From a virus, in the IMG/VR virus record IMGVR_UViG_3300020478_000003, positions 60,361 through 124,360 of that record: a stretch of DNA of 64,000 nucleotides; one strand, written 5' to 3'. The notes under the pieces were generated by a model. The model was not told where the DNA came from. It saw nothing but the letters and a program-made list of their open reading frames with translations, and ran no database searches. A program made the translations under genes and the position numbers. Position 1 is the first letter of the stretch, and each line of letters begins with the position of its first letter. Positions 27,794-38,103 of the stretch are shown in pieces.

Positions 27794-28240
27794 ATGCCGT
27801 ATCTAGCAATAAGTGAATACAAAATGTTTGGTTATGAATGTGACCATTGTGGTAAAGAGTGGACAATGAGTCTTCCAGGCAGAGATTCAAGAAGATTAGA
27901 AAATGATGGATATTTTTGTCCATATTGTGGTACGAAACACACACCTAAAGCTGAACCAGGAGCTCCGACCGACAAAGTAGTAATCCCACCAATCGCAGGA
28001 TTTGCGACTGATTTAGAAACTGGATATGTTGATCCAGAAGATGATCGGAATGCTTTTGCTGTGGCTAAACCCTCATTTACGATTAAGTCTGGAGAAAAAA
28101 CAGCCGAACAACTCAAAAAGGAAGATCAAATAACCTCCCATAATTGTCCTGATGGAGGATGGTGGAACCCAATCACAAAGAAATGTCAGGGTGAGGGGGT
28201 TGGTCATAATTTAGAACTTGACATTGAAGAGCAGTCCTAG
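27794..28240 (+). CDS. Zinc-ribbon protein
   Basis: CDHC...CPYCG plus C-terminal CPDGGWWNPITKKC. Confidence 0.65.
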   Translation: MPYLAISEYKMFGYECDHCGKEWTMSLPGRDSRRLENDGYFCPYCGTKHTPKAEPGAPTDKVVIPPIAGFATDLETGYVDPEDDRNAFAVAKPSFTIKSGEKTAEQLKKEDQITSHNCPDGGWWNPITKKCQGEGVGHNLELDIEEQS

Positions 28241-28246
28241 TATAAT
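28218..28246 (+). promoter_or_regulatory. sigma70-type promoter for gp43
   Basis: TTGACA-17 nt-TATAAT; ATG only ~10 nt downstream. Confidence 0.9.
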
Positions 28247-28255
28247 GATTACATT

Positions 28256-30745
28256 ATGAGATTTTATACTTATGTTGGTACACTTGGAAATAAGGTTCTT
28301 GTTCGTGGAGTCAATACTGAAACAGGTAACGACTTCATAAGAAGAGAAGACTTTCATCCCACCATTTTTGTTGAGGGTAAGAAGGGTGACACTCCCTATC
28401 GTACCTTGGATGATAAAAAAGTCTATAGGATGTCCCCTGGGAACATCAAAGAAACTAGAGATTTCATCAAGCAATATGAGAATGTAGATGGTTTTGGTAT
28501 TCACGGGAACGATAATTTCGCCCTGCAATATACCTGTGATGAATGGAAAGGAGATGTTGATTATGATATCTCTAAGATTCGCATCTGGAATCTCGATATT
28601 GAAGTTGATTCTGAAAAGGGGTTTCCTCAACCCGATAAAGCTACTTCAGCTATTAATGCAATAACCATATATGATTCAATAGAAAATGTTTATTTTACCT
28701 GGGGTCTTGGTTCTTGGGAAAATAATAGAGAAGATATTCGTTGTGAGTATTTTCAAATGGATACTGAAGAGGAATTGCTTTTGCATTTCCTCGACTTATA
28801 TCAAAAATCACCACCACATATTTTGACAGGATGGAATATTGAACATTTCGATATTCCGTACTTGATCAATCGATTAACTAGACTTTTCGGTAATAAAGAA
28901 GTTAAACGACTTTCTCCGTTTAGCTGGATTAAAGAACGTAAAATTAAACAATTGTATGGTAAAGATTCCATAGTATACGATATATATGGAGTTGCTACTA
29001 TGGATTATCTGCGACTCTATAAGAAATTTGCAGTCGGAGGAATAGCAGAATCCTATCGATTAGATCATATAGCCTTTATTGAATTGGGTGAACGTAAGAT
29101 TTCATATAAAGAAGCTGGTTCCCTATTCAAACTTGCCAGAACAGATCATCAAAAATTTATAGATTATAACATCAAAGATGTGGAACTGGTTCAAAGAATC
29201 GATGATAAACTAAAGATCATTGATTTGGGTATTACAATGGCTTATGATGCTAAAGTCAATTTTGTTGATGTATTCGGTACTGTTAATATCTGGGATGCGA
29301 TTATTTACGACCATTTGAGAAAGAAGAATATTGTATGTCCCACTAAAACTTCCCACTCGAAAGAACGAACTTTTACTGGTGCTTATGTTAAAGAACCAAT
29401 AGCTGGATTTCACGATTGGGTAGTTTCGTTTGATTTGAATTCTCTATATCCACATTTGATTATGCAATACAATATCAGTCCTGAGACAATTGTTGGTCAT
29501 AAGTCCGATATAGATGTGGAGAATCTTTTGACTCAAGAAGCAGATTTATCGGATGTTCACGAAAAGGGTTATGCGGTTGCTCCCAATGGAACAATGTATC
29601 GAAAAGATAAGAGAGGGTTTCTTCCAACTCTAATGGAAGAGATTTATTCTGACCGAGTACTCTATAAGAAAAAGATGCTAGATGCCCAACAAAGAAAAGA
29701 AGAGGGAGATGATGTCGGTAACGAAATTAGTAAAAATCTGAACATTCAGATGGCTAAGAAAATTCAATTAAATTCTGCTTATGGTGCTATTGGTAATCAA
29801 TGGTTTAGATATTATGACTTACGTAATGCTGAAGCCGTGACTACCGGTGGACAGTTAGCAATTCGCTGGATTGAGAAAGCCTTGAATGATTTTCTGAACA
29901 AGTATTTAGAGACTGATAATTACGATTATGTGGTAGCTATTGATACTGATTCGGTCTATCTCCGTCTTGGAAAGTTTGTCAATAAATTCATCAAATCTGA
30001 TAATAAGAATAAAATAATAGACACTCTTGACAAAGCAATCAAAGAAGCATTTGAACCTATGATTGCCAAGTCTTATGCAGACCTAGCAGATTACGTAAAT
30101 GCTTATGAACAGAAGATGTTTATGGGTCGTGAAGTTATTGCTGATAAGGGTGTTTGGACGGCTAAGAAACGTTATGCTCTTAATGTACACGATTCCGAAG
30201 GAGTTCGTTATAAAAAACCAAAGATGAAAGTTATGGGTATGGAGATTGTTAAATCTTCTACTCCTTCTAATGTTCGTGGTAAGCTGAAAGAAGCAGTAAA
30301 TATTATGTTAACTGGCTCAGAACGTGAATTACAAGAGTTGGTGCATAAATATAAGAAAGAATTCCGTACTTTAGATATTCCCGATATTGCATTTCCGAGG
30401 GGATTGAGTGATTATACGAAGTATGAACACGCCGATAAGTCTGTGCCGATCCACGCACGAGCGGCTAAAGTATATAATGCTTTACTGAAAAAACACGATA
30501 TTAAGAATGCAGAGAAGATTGGAGATGGTTCTAAGTTAAAATTCATTTATTTGAAAACGCCGAATCCTTTTAACTCAAATGCGATTGCATTTCTAGATGG
30601 GCTCCCACCAGAGTTTGAAGTAGAACGATGGGTCGATTATGATACGCAGTTTGAAAAAGCGTTTATTTCTCCTCTTGAAGGAGTTCTCCAGCCAGTCGGT
30701 TGGGATTGGGAAGAGAAAAGTTCGCTTGAATCATTTTTTGGATAA
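28256..30745 (+). CDS. gp43: Family B DNA polymerase gp43
   Basis: DIEV exonuclease motif, SFDLNSLYP, KIQLNSAYG, IDTDS; C-terminal clamp-binding SLESFF. Confidence 0.98.
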   Translation: MRFYTYVGTLGNKVLVRGVNTETGNDFIRREDFHPTIFVEGKKGDTPYRTLDDKKVYRMSPGNIKETRDFIKQYENVDGFGIHGNDNFALQYTCDEWKGDVDYDISKIRIWNLDIEVDSEKGFPQPDKATSAINAITIYDSIENVYFTWGLGSWENNREDIRCEYFQMDTEEELLLHFLDLYQKSPPHILTGWNIEHFDIPYLINRLTRLFGNKEVKRLSPFSWIKERKIKQLYGKDSIVYDIYGVATMDYLRLYKKFAVGGIAESYRLDHIAFIELGERKISYKEAGSLFKLARTDHQKFIDYNIKDVELVQRIDDKLKIIDLGITMAYDAKVNFVDVFGTVNIWDAIIYDHLRKKNIVCPTKTSHSKERTFTGAYVKEPIAGFHDWVVSFDLNSLYPHLIMQYNISPETIVGHKSDIDVENLLTQEADLSDVHEKGYAVAPNGTMYRKDKRGFLPTLMEEIYSDRVLYKKKMLDAQQRKEEGDDVGNEISKNLNIQMAKKIQLNSAYGAIGNQWFRYYDLRNAEAVTTGGQLAIRWIEKALNDFLNKYLETDNYDYVVAIDTDSVYLRLGKFVNKFIKSDNKNKIIDTLDKAIKEAFEPMIAKSYADLADYVNAYEQKMFMGREVIADKGVWTAKKRYALNVHDSEGVRYKKPKMKVMGMEIVKSSTPSNVRGKLKEAVNIMLTGSERELQELVHKYKKEFRTLDIPDIAFPRGLSDYTKYEHADKSVPIHARAAKVYNALLKKHDIKNAEKIGDGSKLKFIYLKTPNPFNSNAIAFLDGLPPEFEVERWVDYDTQFEKAFISPLEGVLQPVGWDWEEKSSLESFFG

Positions 30746-30750
30746 AAAAT

Positions 30751-31197
30751 ATGGCTAAAATAGATTTAGATGGAGTAGCTAGTGCTTCGGCTGCCAAAAG
30801 TTGGGAAGGTTTTACCAAAAATTTTCAGGAAAATATTGCTAATCTCAGAAACAGAGCAAAGTTTGGTCAGATAGAATCCGATCAAGAATTCTCTTTAGAT
30901 GAAGATGGATATATTATCGGAAGTATTTGGTCAGAAGCAATTGCGGCTCAATTAATGGATTTAAATGGATTTCAGGCTACAACCGCCCGCATAGACACTT
31001 TAGTTGAAGCACGAGAAATTTATGGAGAAGCATCCGTTCCTACTGACCACACCTTAGTTGCTACAGTTATGGGAGTAGAAACAAAGCAATTTTTGAAAAT
31101 GTTCCCGAAATATCCTATCATTTATTTCACCAGATGGGGTAACCTACGAAAGCCTTTCGATTTACAGAAACTAAGAGATAATCCAGTCACGGCATAA
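30751..31197 (+). CDS. DsrC/TusE-like protein lacking the C-terminal cysteines
   Basis: LDEDGYI...WSEAIA...FLKMFP..P...GNLRKP aligns by eye to the DsrC/TusE fold; no Cys anywhere in the protein. Confidence 0.65.
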   Translation: MAKIDLDGVASASAAKSWEGFTKNFQENIANLRNRAKFGQIESDQEFSLDEDGYIIGSIWSEAIAAQLMDLNGFQATTARIDTLVEAREIYGEASVPTDHTLVATVMGVETKQFLKMFPKYPIIYFTRWGNLRKPFDLQKLRDNPVTA

Positions 31198-31202
31198 AAG
31201 AC

Positions 31203-31231
31203 TTGACATTACACCTTAGTTAAAGTATAAT
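31203..31231 (+). promoter_or_regulatory. sigma70-type promoter for uvsX
   Basis: TTGACA-17 nt-TATAAT. Confidence 0.9.
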
Positions 31232-31264
31232 AGTGACAATTTAAATTATAGTATGGAGAATTAA

Positions 31265-32371
31265 ATGAGTGATAATATTGTTGCACAAAAGCGTTTGATG
31301 GAACGCCTGCATAAAGCAGGTACCATTAAATCGACACAATTAACAAAGTCCTCTCTATTCAAAGAGAAAGACGAAATCCCCACAGCCGTACCAATGGTCA
31401 ATGTTGCATTAAGCGGCAGACTTGATGGTGGTTTAACAAGTGGTCTGACAGTCCTTGCCGGCCCATCAAAACATTTCAAAACAGCATTTGGTTTATTGAT
31501 GATGAAGGCTTATATGGATAAATATCCAGAAGCCATTTGTCTGTTCTATGATTCTGAATTCGGAACTCCAGAACATTACTTCACTTCGTTGAATATTGAA
31601 ACAGACAGAGTTATACACATTCCAATTAAGAATGTGGAAGAATTGAAATTTGATCTTGTCAAGCAGTTGGAAGAGATTGAGCCCGAGGACAAAGTATATG
31701 TTTTAGTTGATTCTATTGGAAATCTAGCCTCTAAAAAAGAGGTTGATGATGCTAGGGATGAAAAATCTGTTGCAGATATGACACGGGCTAAACAATTAAA
31801 ATCTCTGTTTAGAATGGTAACTCCGTATTTAGCAATGAAAGATGTTCCATTAGTTGCAGTCAATCACACATATCAAACTCAGGAAATGTTCTCGAAAGCG
31901 GTTGTATCCGGTGGTACTGGAGTCTATTATTCCGCAGATAATATTTGGATTATCGGTCGACAACAAGACAAGAAGGGAACAGAAATTCAAGGATATCATT
32001 TTATTATCAATGTTGAAAAATCTCGATTTGTCAAAGAGAAATCTAAAGTACCTATTTCCGTAACGTGGGAAGGAGGTATTAAAAAGTGGTCTGGATTATT
32101 AGATGTAGCACTTGAGGGTGGATTTGTTGTTAAACCAACAATGGGATGGTATTCAAAAGTTAATATGGAGACAATGGAACCCGAAGCAGAGAAGGTTCGT
32201 GCGTCCGATACAGATACTAAAGATTTTTGGTGTGGACTTATAGATCATCCGAAATTTACGAAGTATGTCGAAGATACTTATGCTATGGGAGGAGAAGGAT
32301 TACTTCAAGCAGAAGATCCAGAACCAATGCCGGTTGAGGCTCTAATTCAAAAGAAAGTGGAAGATGAGTAA
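31265..32371 (+). CDS. uvsX: RecA-like recombinase UvsX
   Basis: AGPSKHFKT, FYDSEFG, DSIGNLASKKE and SGGTG motifs. Confidence 0.97.
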   Translation: MSDNIVAQKRLMERLHKAGTIKSTQLTKSSLFKEKDEIPTAVPMVNVALSGRLDGGLTSGLTVLAGPSKHFKTAFGLLMMKAYMDKYPEAICLFYDSEFGTPEHYFTSLNIETDRVIHIPIKNVEELKFDLVKQLEEIEPEDKVYVLVDSIGNLASKKEVDDARDEKSVADMTRAKQLKSLFRMVTPYLAMKDVPLVAVNHTYQTQEMFSKAVVSGGTGVYYSADNIWIIGRQQDKKGTEIQGYHFIINVEKSRFVKEKSKVPISVTWEGGIKKWSGLLDVALEGGFVVKPTMGWYSKVNMETMEPEAEKVRASDTDTKDFWCGLIDHPKFTKYVEDTYAMGGEGLLQAEDPEPMPVEALIQKKVEDE

Positions 32372-32642
32372 ACAAACGGTATCCGATGTCTTTTATATAA
32401 GAACTTCGGACAAAACAACTTTTGCAATATATGATTTGACTTTAAATGATGATTGTGATATAATGTCCTTTGGATATAATTTTATAGAACCAAAGGATAT
32501 TCCTAAAGAACAATATGAGGAAGAAGTATCGAACATAGTAGAAAAAACCGTGACTGAAGCTATTAGAGAAGAAATTGACAAAGCAGAAGGATCATTAAAA
32601 AGTTTAGATACTGTATCTGTACAGAAAAACGTAGAATGGTAA
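32364..32642 (+). CDS. Hypothetical protein at the gp40 position
   Basis: Between uvsX and gp41, as gp40 is in T4. Confidence 0.55.
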   Translation: MSKQTVSDVFYIRTSDKTTFAIYDLTLNDDCDIMSFGYNFIEPKDIPKEQYEEEVSNIVEKTVTEAIREEIDKAEGSLKSLDTVSVQKNVEW

Positions 32643-34039
32643 ATATTGAAGAAACGATAATATCAAATCTTTTATATAATGAAGAGTACGCCAGAAAAGT
32701 TATTGTATTTTTAAAGGATGAGTATTTTATGGATGCTACTGATAAAGCGGCATTCTCAGAAATACAAAAATTTTGGACAAAATATAATAACGTTCCGACA
32801 AAAGAGGCGCTCCTAATTGCAATAGATGAAAGAGGAGATTTAAGTTCCACAATATATGAAGAAGTACAAGCATTAATCAAGGGACTTGGAAAAACAGAAA
32901 GCAATTATGATTGGCTCCTGGACGAAACTGAAAAGTTTTGTAAAGACAAAGCCGTCTATAATGCTATTATGGAGTCAATAGAGATTATTGATGGAAAACA
33001 TAAGAAGAAAAAGAACGATGGTATTCCCGACTTATTGTCCGATGCTCTAGCCGTATCATTTGATACACATATAGGACACGATTTTCTAGAGGATTCTGAT
33101 GAAAGATTTGAATTCTATCATACACGGGAAGAGAAGATTCCATTTGACATTGAATATTTGAATAAAATTACACAGGGAGGAGTTACCCGTAAATCATTGA
33201 GTGTTCTTATGGCTGGAACTGGTGTCGGTAAGACAATTGGTATGTGTCATATGGCGGCATCGAATCTGACTATTGGAAAGAATGTTTTATACGTTACGAT
33301 GGAGATGGCTGAGGAGAGAATTGCGGAAAGAATCGATGCAAATCTACTCGATATCGAATTGAATCGATTGAAAGATTTGACCAAAGTGATGTATGATCGG
33401 AAGATGGAGCAACTCAAAAAGAAAGTCAAAGGAAAGATAATTATTAAAGAATTTCCTACTTCACAAGCACATACAGGTCATTTCAGACACTTGTTAAATG
33501 AATTGGCGTTAAAGAAAGATTTCAGACCAGATATTATTTACATTGATTATCTTAATATTTGTGCTTCCCAGAGATTAGCTGGTTCCAATTCTGTTAATTC
33601 ATACACATATGTCAAAGCAATAGCAGAAGAACTCAGAGGTCTGGCAGTCGAATTTAACGTGCCCATTTGGTCTGCTACTCAGACCACACGTTCAGGTTTC
33701 GGTAGTTCAGATGTAGGACTAGAAGATACATCCGAATCATTTGGATTACCTGCAACTGCCGATCTATTTCTTGCTATTATTCAGACTGAAGAATTGGAAG
33801 ATTTGAATCAAATAATGATAAAACAGTTGAAAAATAGACACGGAGATATCGCTATTAATAGACGGTTTGTTGTTGGAATTGATAAAGCTAAAATGAAATG
33901 GTACGATGCCGAGCAATCTGCTCAAGAGGACATTATCGGAACTACTTCTGTTACCTCTGGTCCTCGCTCATATTCCTCTGAGGAATCACAATTTTCTGGA
34001 GCTAATAAGAAACAAGCCTTTAAGGACTTCAAAATGTAG
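32636..34039 (+). CDS. gp41: Replicative helicase gp41
   Basis: AGTGVGKT, IDYLNIC, AEELRGLAVE and SESFGLPATAD motifs. Confidence 0.97.
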   Translation: MVNIEETIISNLLYNEEYARKVIVFLKDEYFMDATDKAAFSEIQKFWTKYNNVPTKEALLIAIDERGDLSSTIYEEVQALIKGLGKTESNYDWLLDETEKFCKDKAVYNAIMESIEIIDGKHKKKKNDGIPDLLSDALAVSFDTHIGHDFLEDSDERFEFYHTREEKIPFDIEYLNKITQGGVTRKSLSVLMAGTGVGKTIGMCHMAASNLTIGKNVLYVTMEMAEERIAERIDANLLDIELNRLKDLTKVMYDRKMEQLKKKVKGKIIIKEFPTSQAHTGHFRHLLNELALKKDFRPDIIYIDYLNICASQRLAGSNSVNSYTYVKAIAEELRGLAVEFNVPIWSATQTTRSGFGSSDVGLEDTSESFGLPATADLFLAIIQTEELEDLNQIMIKQLKNRHGDIAINRRFVVGIDKAKMKWYDAEQSAQEDIIGTTSVTSGPRSYSSEESQFSGANKKQAFKDFKM

Positions 34040-34050
34040 TATACGATTCT

Positions 34051-34058
34051 TATAAATA
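34051..34058 (+). promoter_or_regulatory. T4-type late promoter
   Basis: TATAAATA heading the putative internal-protein cluster. Confidence 0.85.
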
Positions 34059-34093
34059 TGTAGGTAAAGGTTTCATATTTTAGAAAGAATATT

Positions 34094-35407
34094 ATGCTGA
34101 AATTTAGGTCGTTTATCCCAGAAGGGAAAGCAAGTCCAGAACAAAAAGAAGTTAAAGATTATATCAGTACGTTATTGACTCCACTTGGTATAAAGGTGAC
34201 TGGTGGAGCAAAAGCTGGAACGACTTGGCATATTAGAGCCGCAGTTGGGACAGACCCCAAAGCCTTTTTCGATCAATTTTCTGAAGTTACAATAAAAGAT
34301 AGCGCCGAAAGCGTATCTGGTACGTATGATACGTATGAAATCACCGTTAAAGGTGTAGGTACCGCATTGTTTGTTAATCAAACACGATCGGCTGGTGCTG
34401 GTGCAGAAGCCTCCCTTACTACTAAGCAATTAACTCCAGATGCTTTTATGCTTGGAGGACAAGAGGTTACTCCCGCTGAAATTAAAGCCCAAGTATTAAC
34501 TTCTATTAAAACGATGGCGAAGTTGGGTGATAACACAAAAGCATTTTTAATAGACCTTTTAGACAAAGCAAACGAAAGAGGAAACAGTATTGACATATCA
34601 GATATTCTCCCTAATCCTGCAATGTCAAAAAGAGATTTAGCGACTATATCAAAAGATTATGGAGAAATTCTTGCTGGAATATGGGCTTGTAGAAACATAG
34701 GATTCAGAAAAGTATATTTTCCCTCAGCAATAAATGAACCTCTTGCAGATTTCTTTGGAATTAAAGGTAGATTAAGATATCCTATTTCAGTAAAATCTGG
34801 TGGGGGAAGTTCTACTACAGTTAAAAATTTGACAGATGTTCTGGAACAGCATATGCAAGATCCAGAATATATAAAGGGATTTTCTACAACCGAAAAAGCA
34901 TTATTAGATGTATTATTCGTTCTTAAAGATTCTTCCGTAATGGAAGGTATTGTTGAAGCAAATAAGATATTGGTAACGCCAGGAATTAAAGCCCTTTCAA
35001 AAGCAATGGGAGTAAGATCAGCTTCCCTAAATCTCAATACTATTAGCAATTGGTTAGACTCATTTAAAGCTAATTCCCAAATCAAAAATGCTCTGGATGG
35101 TTTTTATGATGCTATGGGTAAATATGTTGATAAAAATAGCTGGAAGAGATTAAAAGGAAAGGGTATCATTGGATTTGTAATTGGTCCAATGGGACATCAT
35201 CTTACAGAAGTGTTGACAAAAGAATATAATACCGAATTGACTACTATGGTTCGTCAAATCACATTGGTTCAATTGAATATTGATGTTAAGAAAACCGCAT
35301 TGGTTGCTAAAAGAGAGAAATTCAAAAATCTGAAATTCAAATTCAGTTGGGGAGGTGGAGCTCCTAATCCGAATAGAAATAAGATAGGATTCAAAGTAGG
35401 AAAATGA
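34094..35407 (+). CDS. Putative virion internal protein with a PD-(D/E)xK-like nuclease region
   Basis: N-terminus MLKFRSFIPE (CTS-like); YGE...PLADF...ISVKS pattern. Confidence 0.55.
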   Translation: MLKFRSFIPEGKASPEQKEVKDYISTLLTPLGIKVTGGAKAGTTWHIRAAVGTDPKAFFDQFSEVTIKDSAESVSGTYDTYEITVKGVGTALFVNQTRSAGAGAEASLTTKQLTPDAFMLGGQEVTPAEIKAQVLTSIKTMAKLGDNTKAFLIDLLDKANERGNSIDISDILPNPAMSKRDLATISKDYGEILAGIWACRNIGFRKVYFPSAINEPLADFFGIKGRLRYPISVKSGGGSSTTVKNLTDVLEQHMQDPEYIKGFSTTEKALLDVLFVLKDSSVMEGIVEANKILVTPGIKALSKAMGVRSASLNLNTISNWLDSFKANSQIKNALDGFYDAMGKYVDKNSWKRLKGKGIIGFVIGPMGHHLTEVLTKEYNTELTTMVRQITLVQLNIDVKKTALVAKREKFKNLKFKFSWGGGAPNPNRNKIGFKVGK

Positions 35408-35616
35408 AAAAATTTTCAAAGTATCTAGAAGAAGCATCTAAGTATATTGTTTCCAAAAATCCACACGACAAGAAGTGGTATGTTATGGGTCACGTTGGGA
35501 ACAACAAATGGATGCCAGTTTCTAATGGATTTAAAAACAAAACTCAAGCACAGAAGTGGGCGAAGAGCCAAGATAATGTGGACGCCGCCGCCCGTGGAGA
35601 AGTAGGTGCTGTATGA
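35404..35616 (+). CDS. Small putative internal head protein
   Basis: N-terminus MKKFSKYLEEA (CTS-like). Confidence 0.65.
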   Translation: MKKFSKYLEEASKYIVSKNPHDKKWYVMGHVGNNKWMPVSNGFKNKTQAQKWAKSQDNVDAAARGEVGAV

Positions 35617-36878
35617 AAAAATTTAGCACATACTTGAAAGAGCCTACCAATGTAGGTCGTTATCTCATAGAGGTAAAACTCAAGCATTTAGAGCATTTGG
35701 AAGATGCTTTGTTTAATGCTGGTTACGAAGGTGGAGTTGAGGCTCTACGTATGCTAGAAGAGATAATAGAAGCATTACAAGGAAATGCTACGAAGGGTAT
35801 TAATATTCAGAGCAAAGTTGATGGTGCTCCATCAATCATTGCCGGAACTAATCCAGAAAATGGAAAATTCTTTGTAGCTACAAAAGCCTTATTCAACAAG
35901 ACTCCAAAGATCAATTATACAGATGAGGATGTTGATGCTAATCACGGTCACGCCGCAGCCTTAGCCTCGAAGATGAAACTTGCTCTAAAGTATTTTCCTA
36001 AGCTGAAAATACCAGGAATATGGCAGGGTGATTTTATGTTTGATGCTTCTGATTTGAGAAAAGAGACTATTGATGGAGAAAAGATGGTATCGTTTACTCC
36101 GAATACCATCACCTATGCGGTCCCATTAGATCAGCCTCTAGCTAAAAAAATTCTAAAAGCGAAAGTCGGTGTTATCTGGCACACTTCATATAATGGAAAT
36201 ACTATTGCGGATCTATCCGCAGTATTCAAAGTAAATGTTCCGAGTCTAGCTAAAACGAGTGATGTGTGGGCCGGAGACACAGATTTTAACGATGTATCAG
36301 GTACCGCCACATTTACTCAAGCAGAACATAAAGCGGTTTTGAAACGAATTGTGGACGCACGAGCATTTCTAAATCGATTGTCCAAGAAAGGAATGAAAAT
36401 TCTTTTTGGAGATACCGATATAGCATATAACTTAAACATCTACATTAATGACTTGACCAGACAAGGTAATAAATTCTCAGGAAATAAACAAAAGGCTCTT
36501 GCTGGATATATCGATTTCACAAGAGCAAGATATAAGAAGATGGCGGATAAATTGAAATCTGCTAAAGCTAAAGAGAAGAAAATGGCTGAAGCGGAAGCGA
36601 TAGTCAAAACACTCAATTCGGACAGAAAAATTGGTGGTACTCTTGCGTGGGCGATGGAGTGGCACGATGTTGTTTCTGATATCAAATTGATGTTAATTAA
36701 GAAGATGGAACAAGTTAACAGCATTCCAGCGTTTATGAAAACAGCAAGTGGATATGAAGTGACTGGTCCTGAGGGATTTGTTGCTGTAGATCATATGAGC
36801 AATAGTGCAATCAAGTTAGTAAATAGATTGGAATTCAGTAGAAATAATTTTAACGCTATTAAGAGTTGGGGAAAATGA
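35613..36878 (+). CDS. Conserved T4-like protein (DUF6267-like) with ligase-type nucleotidyltransferase motifs
   Basis: HLEHLED; KVDG (motif I), QGDFM (III), EGFV (IV), IKLV (V); CTS-like MKKFSTYLKE. Confidence 0.7.
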   Translation: MKKFSTYLKEPTNVGRYLIEVKLKHLEHLEDALFNAGYEGGVEALRMLEEIIEALQGNATKGINIQSKVDGAPSIIAGTNPENGKFFVATKALFNKTPKINYTDEDVDANHGHAAALASKMKLALKYFPKLKIPGIWQGDFMFDASDLRKETIDGEKMVSFTPNTITYAVPLDQPLAKKILKAKVGVIWHTSYNGNTIADLSAVFKVNVPSLAKTSDVWAGDTDFNDVSGTATFTQAEHKAVLKRIVDARAFLNRLSKKGMKILFGDTDIAYNLNIYINDLTRQGNKFSGNKQKALAGYIDFTRARYKKMADKLKSAKAKEKKMAEAEAIVKTLNSDRKIGGTLAWAMEWHDVVSDIKLMLIKKMEQVNSIPAFMKTASGYEVTGPEGFVAVDHMSNSAIKLVNRLEFSRNNFNAIKSWGK

Positions 36879-37081
36879 TTAATCATAAAATAGCTGGTTT
36901 AGCATTCGGAATATTAGGAGTCATATTTTTGGTTCTAGAGAATTCACATATGGGACATTCAGACGGAATGGCTATGAGTCATTCTACAAGTTTTTTAGGT
37001 ATGAGTGAAATGAGTTGGATGTGGTTTTCAATGGCAGTAGTACATTACTTAATTAAAGATTGTTCTTGCAAAGGAAAATAA
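36866..37081 (+). CDS. Small two-TM membrane protein with a His/Met-rich loop
   Basis: Two hydrophobic segments flanking HMGHSDGMAMSH. Confidence 0.65.
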   Translation: MGKMINHKIAGLAFGILGVIFLVLENSHMGHSDGMAMSHSTSFLGMSEMSWMWFSMAVVHYLIKDCSCKGK

Positions 37082-38103
37082 TGTTAACTTACGAAGAATA
37101 TCTAGAGGAAGCTAAGAACAAACCCGTAGTATTTACGTTCGGACGATTCAATCCCGTGACCAATGGACACGAAATAGCAGTTAATGATATTATCAAAAAA
37201 GCAAAGGGTGGAACCCCAATGATATTTACTAGTCAGTCCCACGACAAGGACAGAAATCCTCTGACCTATAATGACAAGACAAAATATTTGAAGAAATTTT
37301 GGGGTAAAATGGTAGTGAAAGATACCTCAATCAAAACTGCTTTTGATGCTCTTAGGTGGTTATCCGACAAAGGATATAAAGACGTAACATTGGTGGTAGG
37401 TTCTGACAGAGTAGCTAAATTCAGACAATATATCACTCCATATGTCAAACATAAAGATAAGAGCAAGTCTTACGAATTTGACAAATTTGAGGTTATACAA
37501 GCTGGTGCGGCTCGTGGTAAAGGAAATGCTATGAGTGCTACGCTTATGAGGAAAGCCGCCAAAGATGGAGATTTTGAATTCTTCAGTAAGGGTGTTCCAT
37601 CAATGTGTTCCAAAAGAGATGCAAGAGCAATGTATGATGATGTTCGAGATGGTATGGGTATTCGAGAGGAATATCTTGAATTTGGAACAAAGAAAACAAC
37701 GAAAAAGTATAAAGAATGGACTCCCGGACAATCGTTTGTCGAGGAGATTACAAGTGTAGACTTAAAACAAGTAGAAGCATTTGCCGACAAGATTTTCGCC
37801 AAAGTCGGAATAGATGTGGAATTTACTAGACATTTTTTAGAGAGAGTTAACGACAAGCGAAACGGAAAACAAATTAATGTCGCAGAATTGATCAGATTAT
37901 TCAAGGAGACATACAAGAAACACGGAAAGAATATACCTAAACTTGGTACGGATGCTCAAGCGGTGTTAAACGACACTCAAACAGACCTCAATCTTCCGTT
38001 TGTATTAAAATGGGATCGAAAACTAGAAGTATTTGATCTTGTTTCCAAGACCATAATGCGTAAGAAAGATTTCAAAACCTCTAACCCCAAGTTAAAAGTA
38101 TAA
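37081..38103 (+). CDS. HxGH-type cytidylyl/adenylyltransferase-like protein with an extra C-terminal domain
   Basis: FGRFNPVTNGH, VGSDR and MSATLMR motifs; CTS-like MLTYEEYLEEA; C-domain FTRHFLERVNDKR. Confidence 0.8.
   Translation: MLTYEEYLEEAKNKPVVFTFGRFNPVTNGHEIAVNDIIKKAKGGTPMIFTSQSHDKDRNPLTYNDKTKYLKKFWGKMVVKDTSIKTAFDALRWLSDKGYKDVTLVVGSDRVAKFRQYITPYVKHKDKSKSYEFDKFEVIQAGAARGKGNAMSATLMRKAAKDGDFEFFSKGVPSMCSKRDARAMYDDVRDGMGIREEYLEFGTKKTTKKYKEWTPGQSFVEEITSVDLKQVEAFADKIFAKVGIDVEFTRHFLERVNDKRNGKQINVAELIRLFKETYKKHGKNIPKLGTDAQAVLNDTQTDLNLPFVLKWDRKLEVFDLVSKTIMRKKDFKTSNPKLKV

Noticed and set aside
28256-34039. Inteins or introns in gp43, uvsX and gp41
   Set aside because: The ORFs are continuous and of normal length, with no intein splice motifs seen
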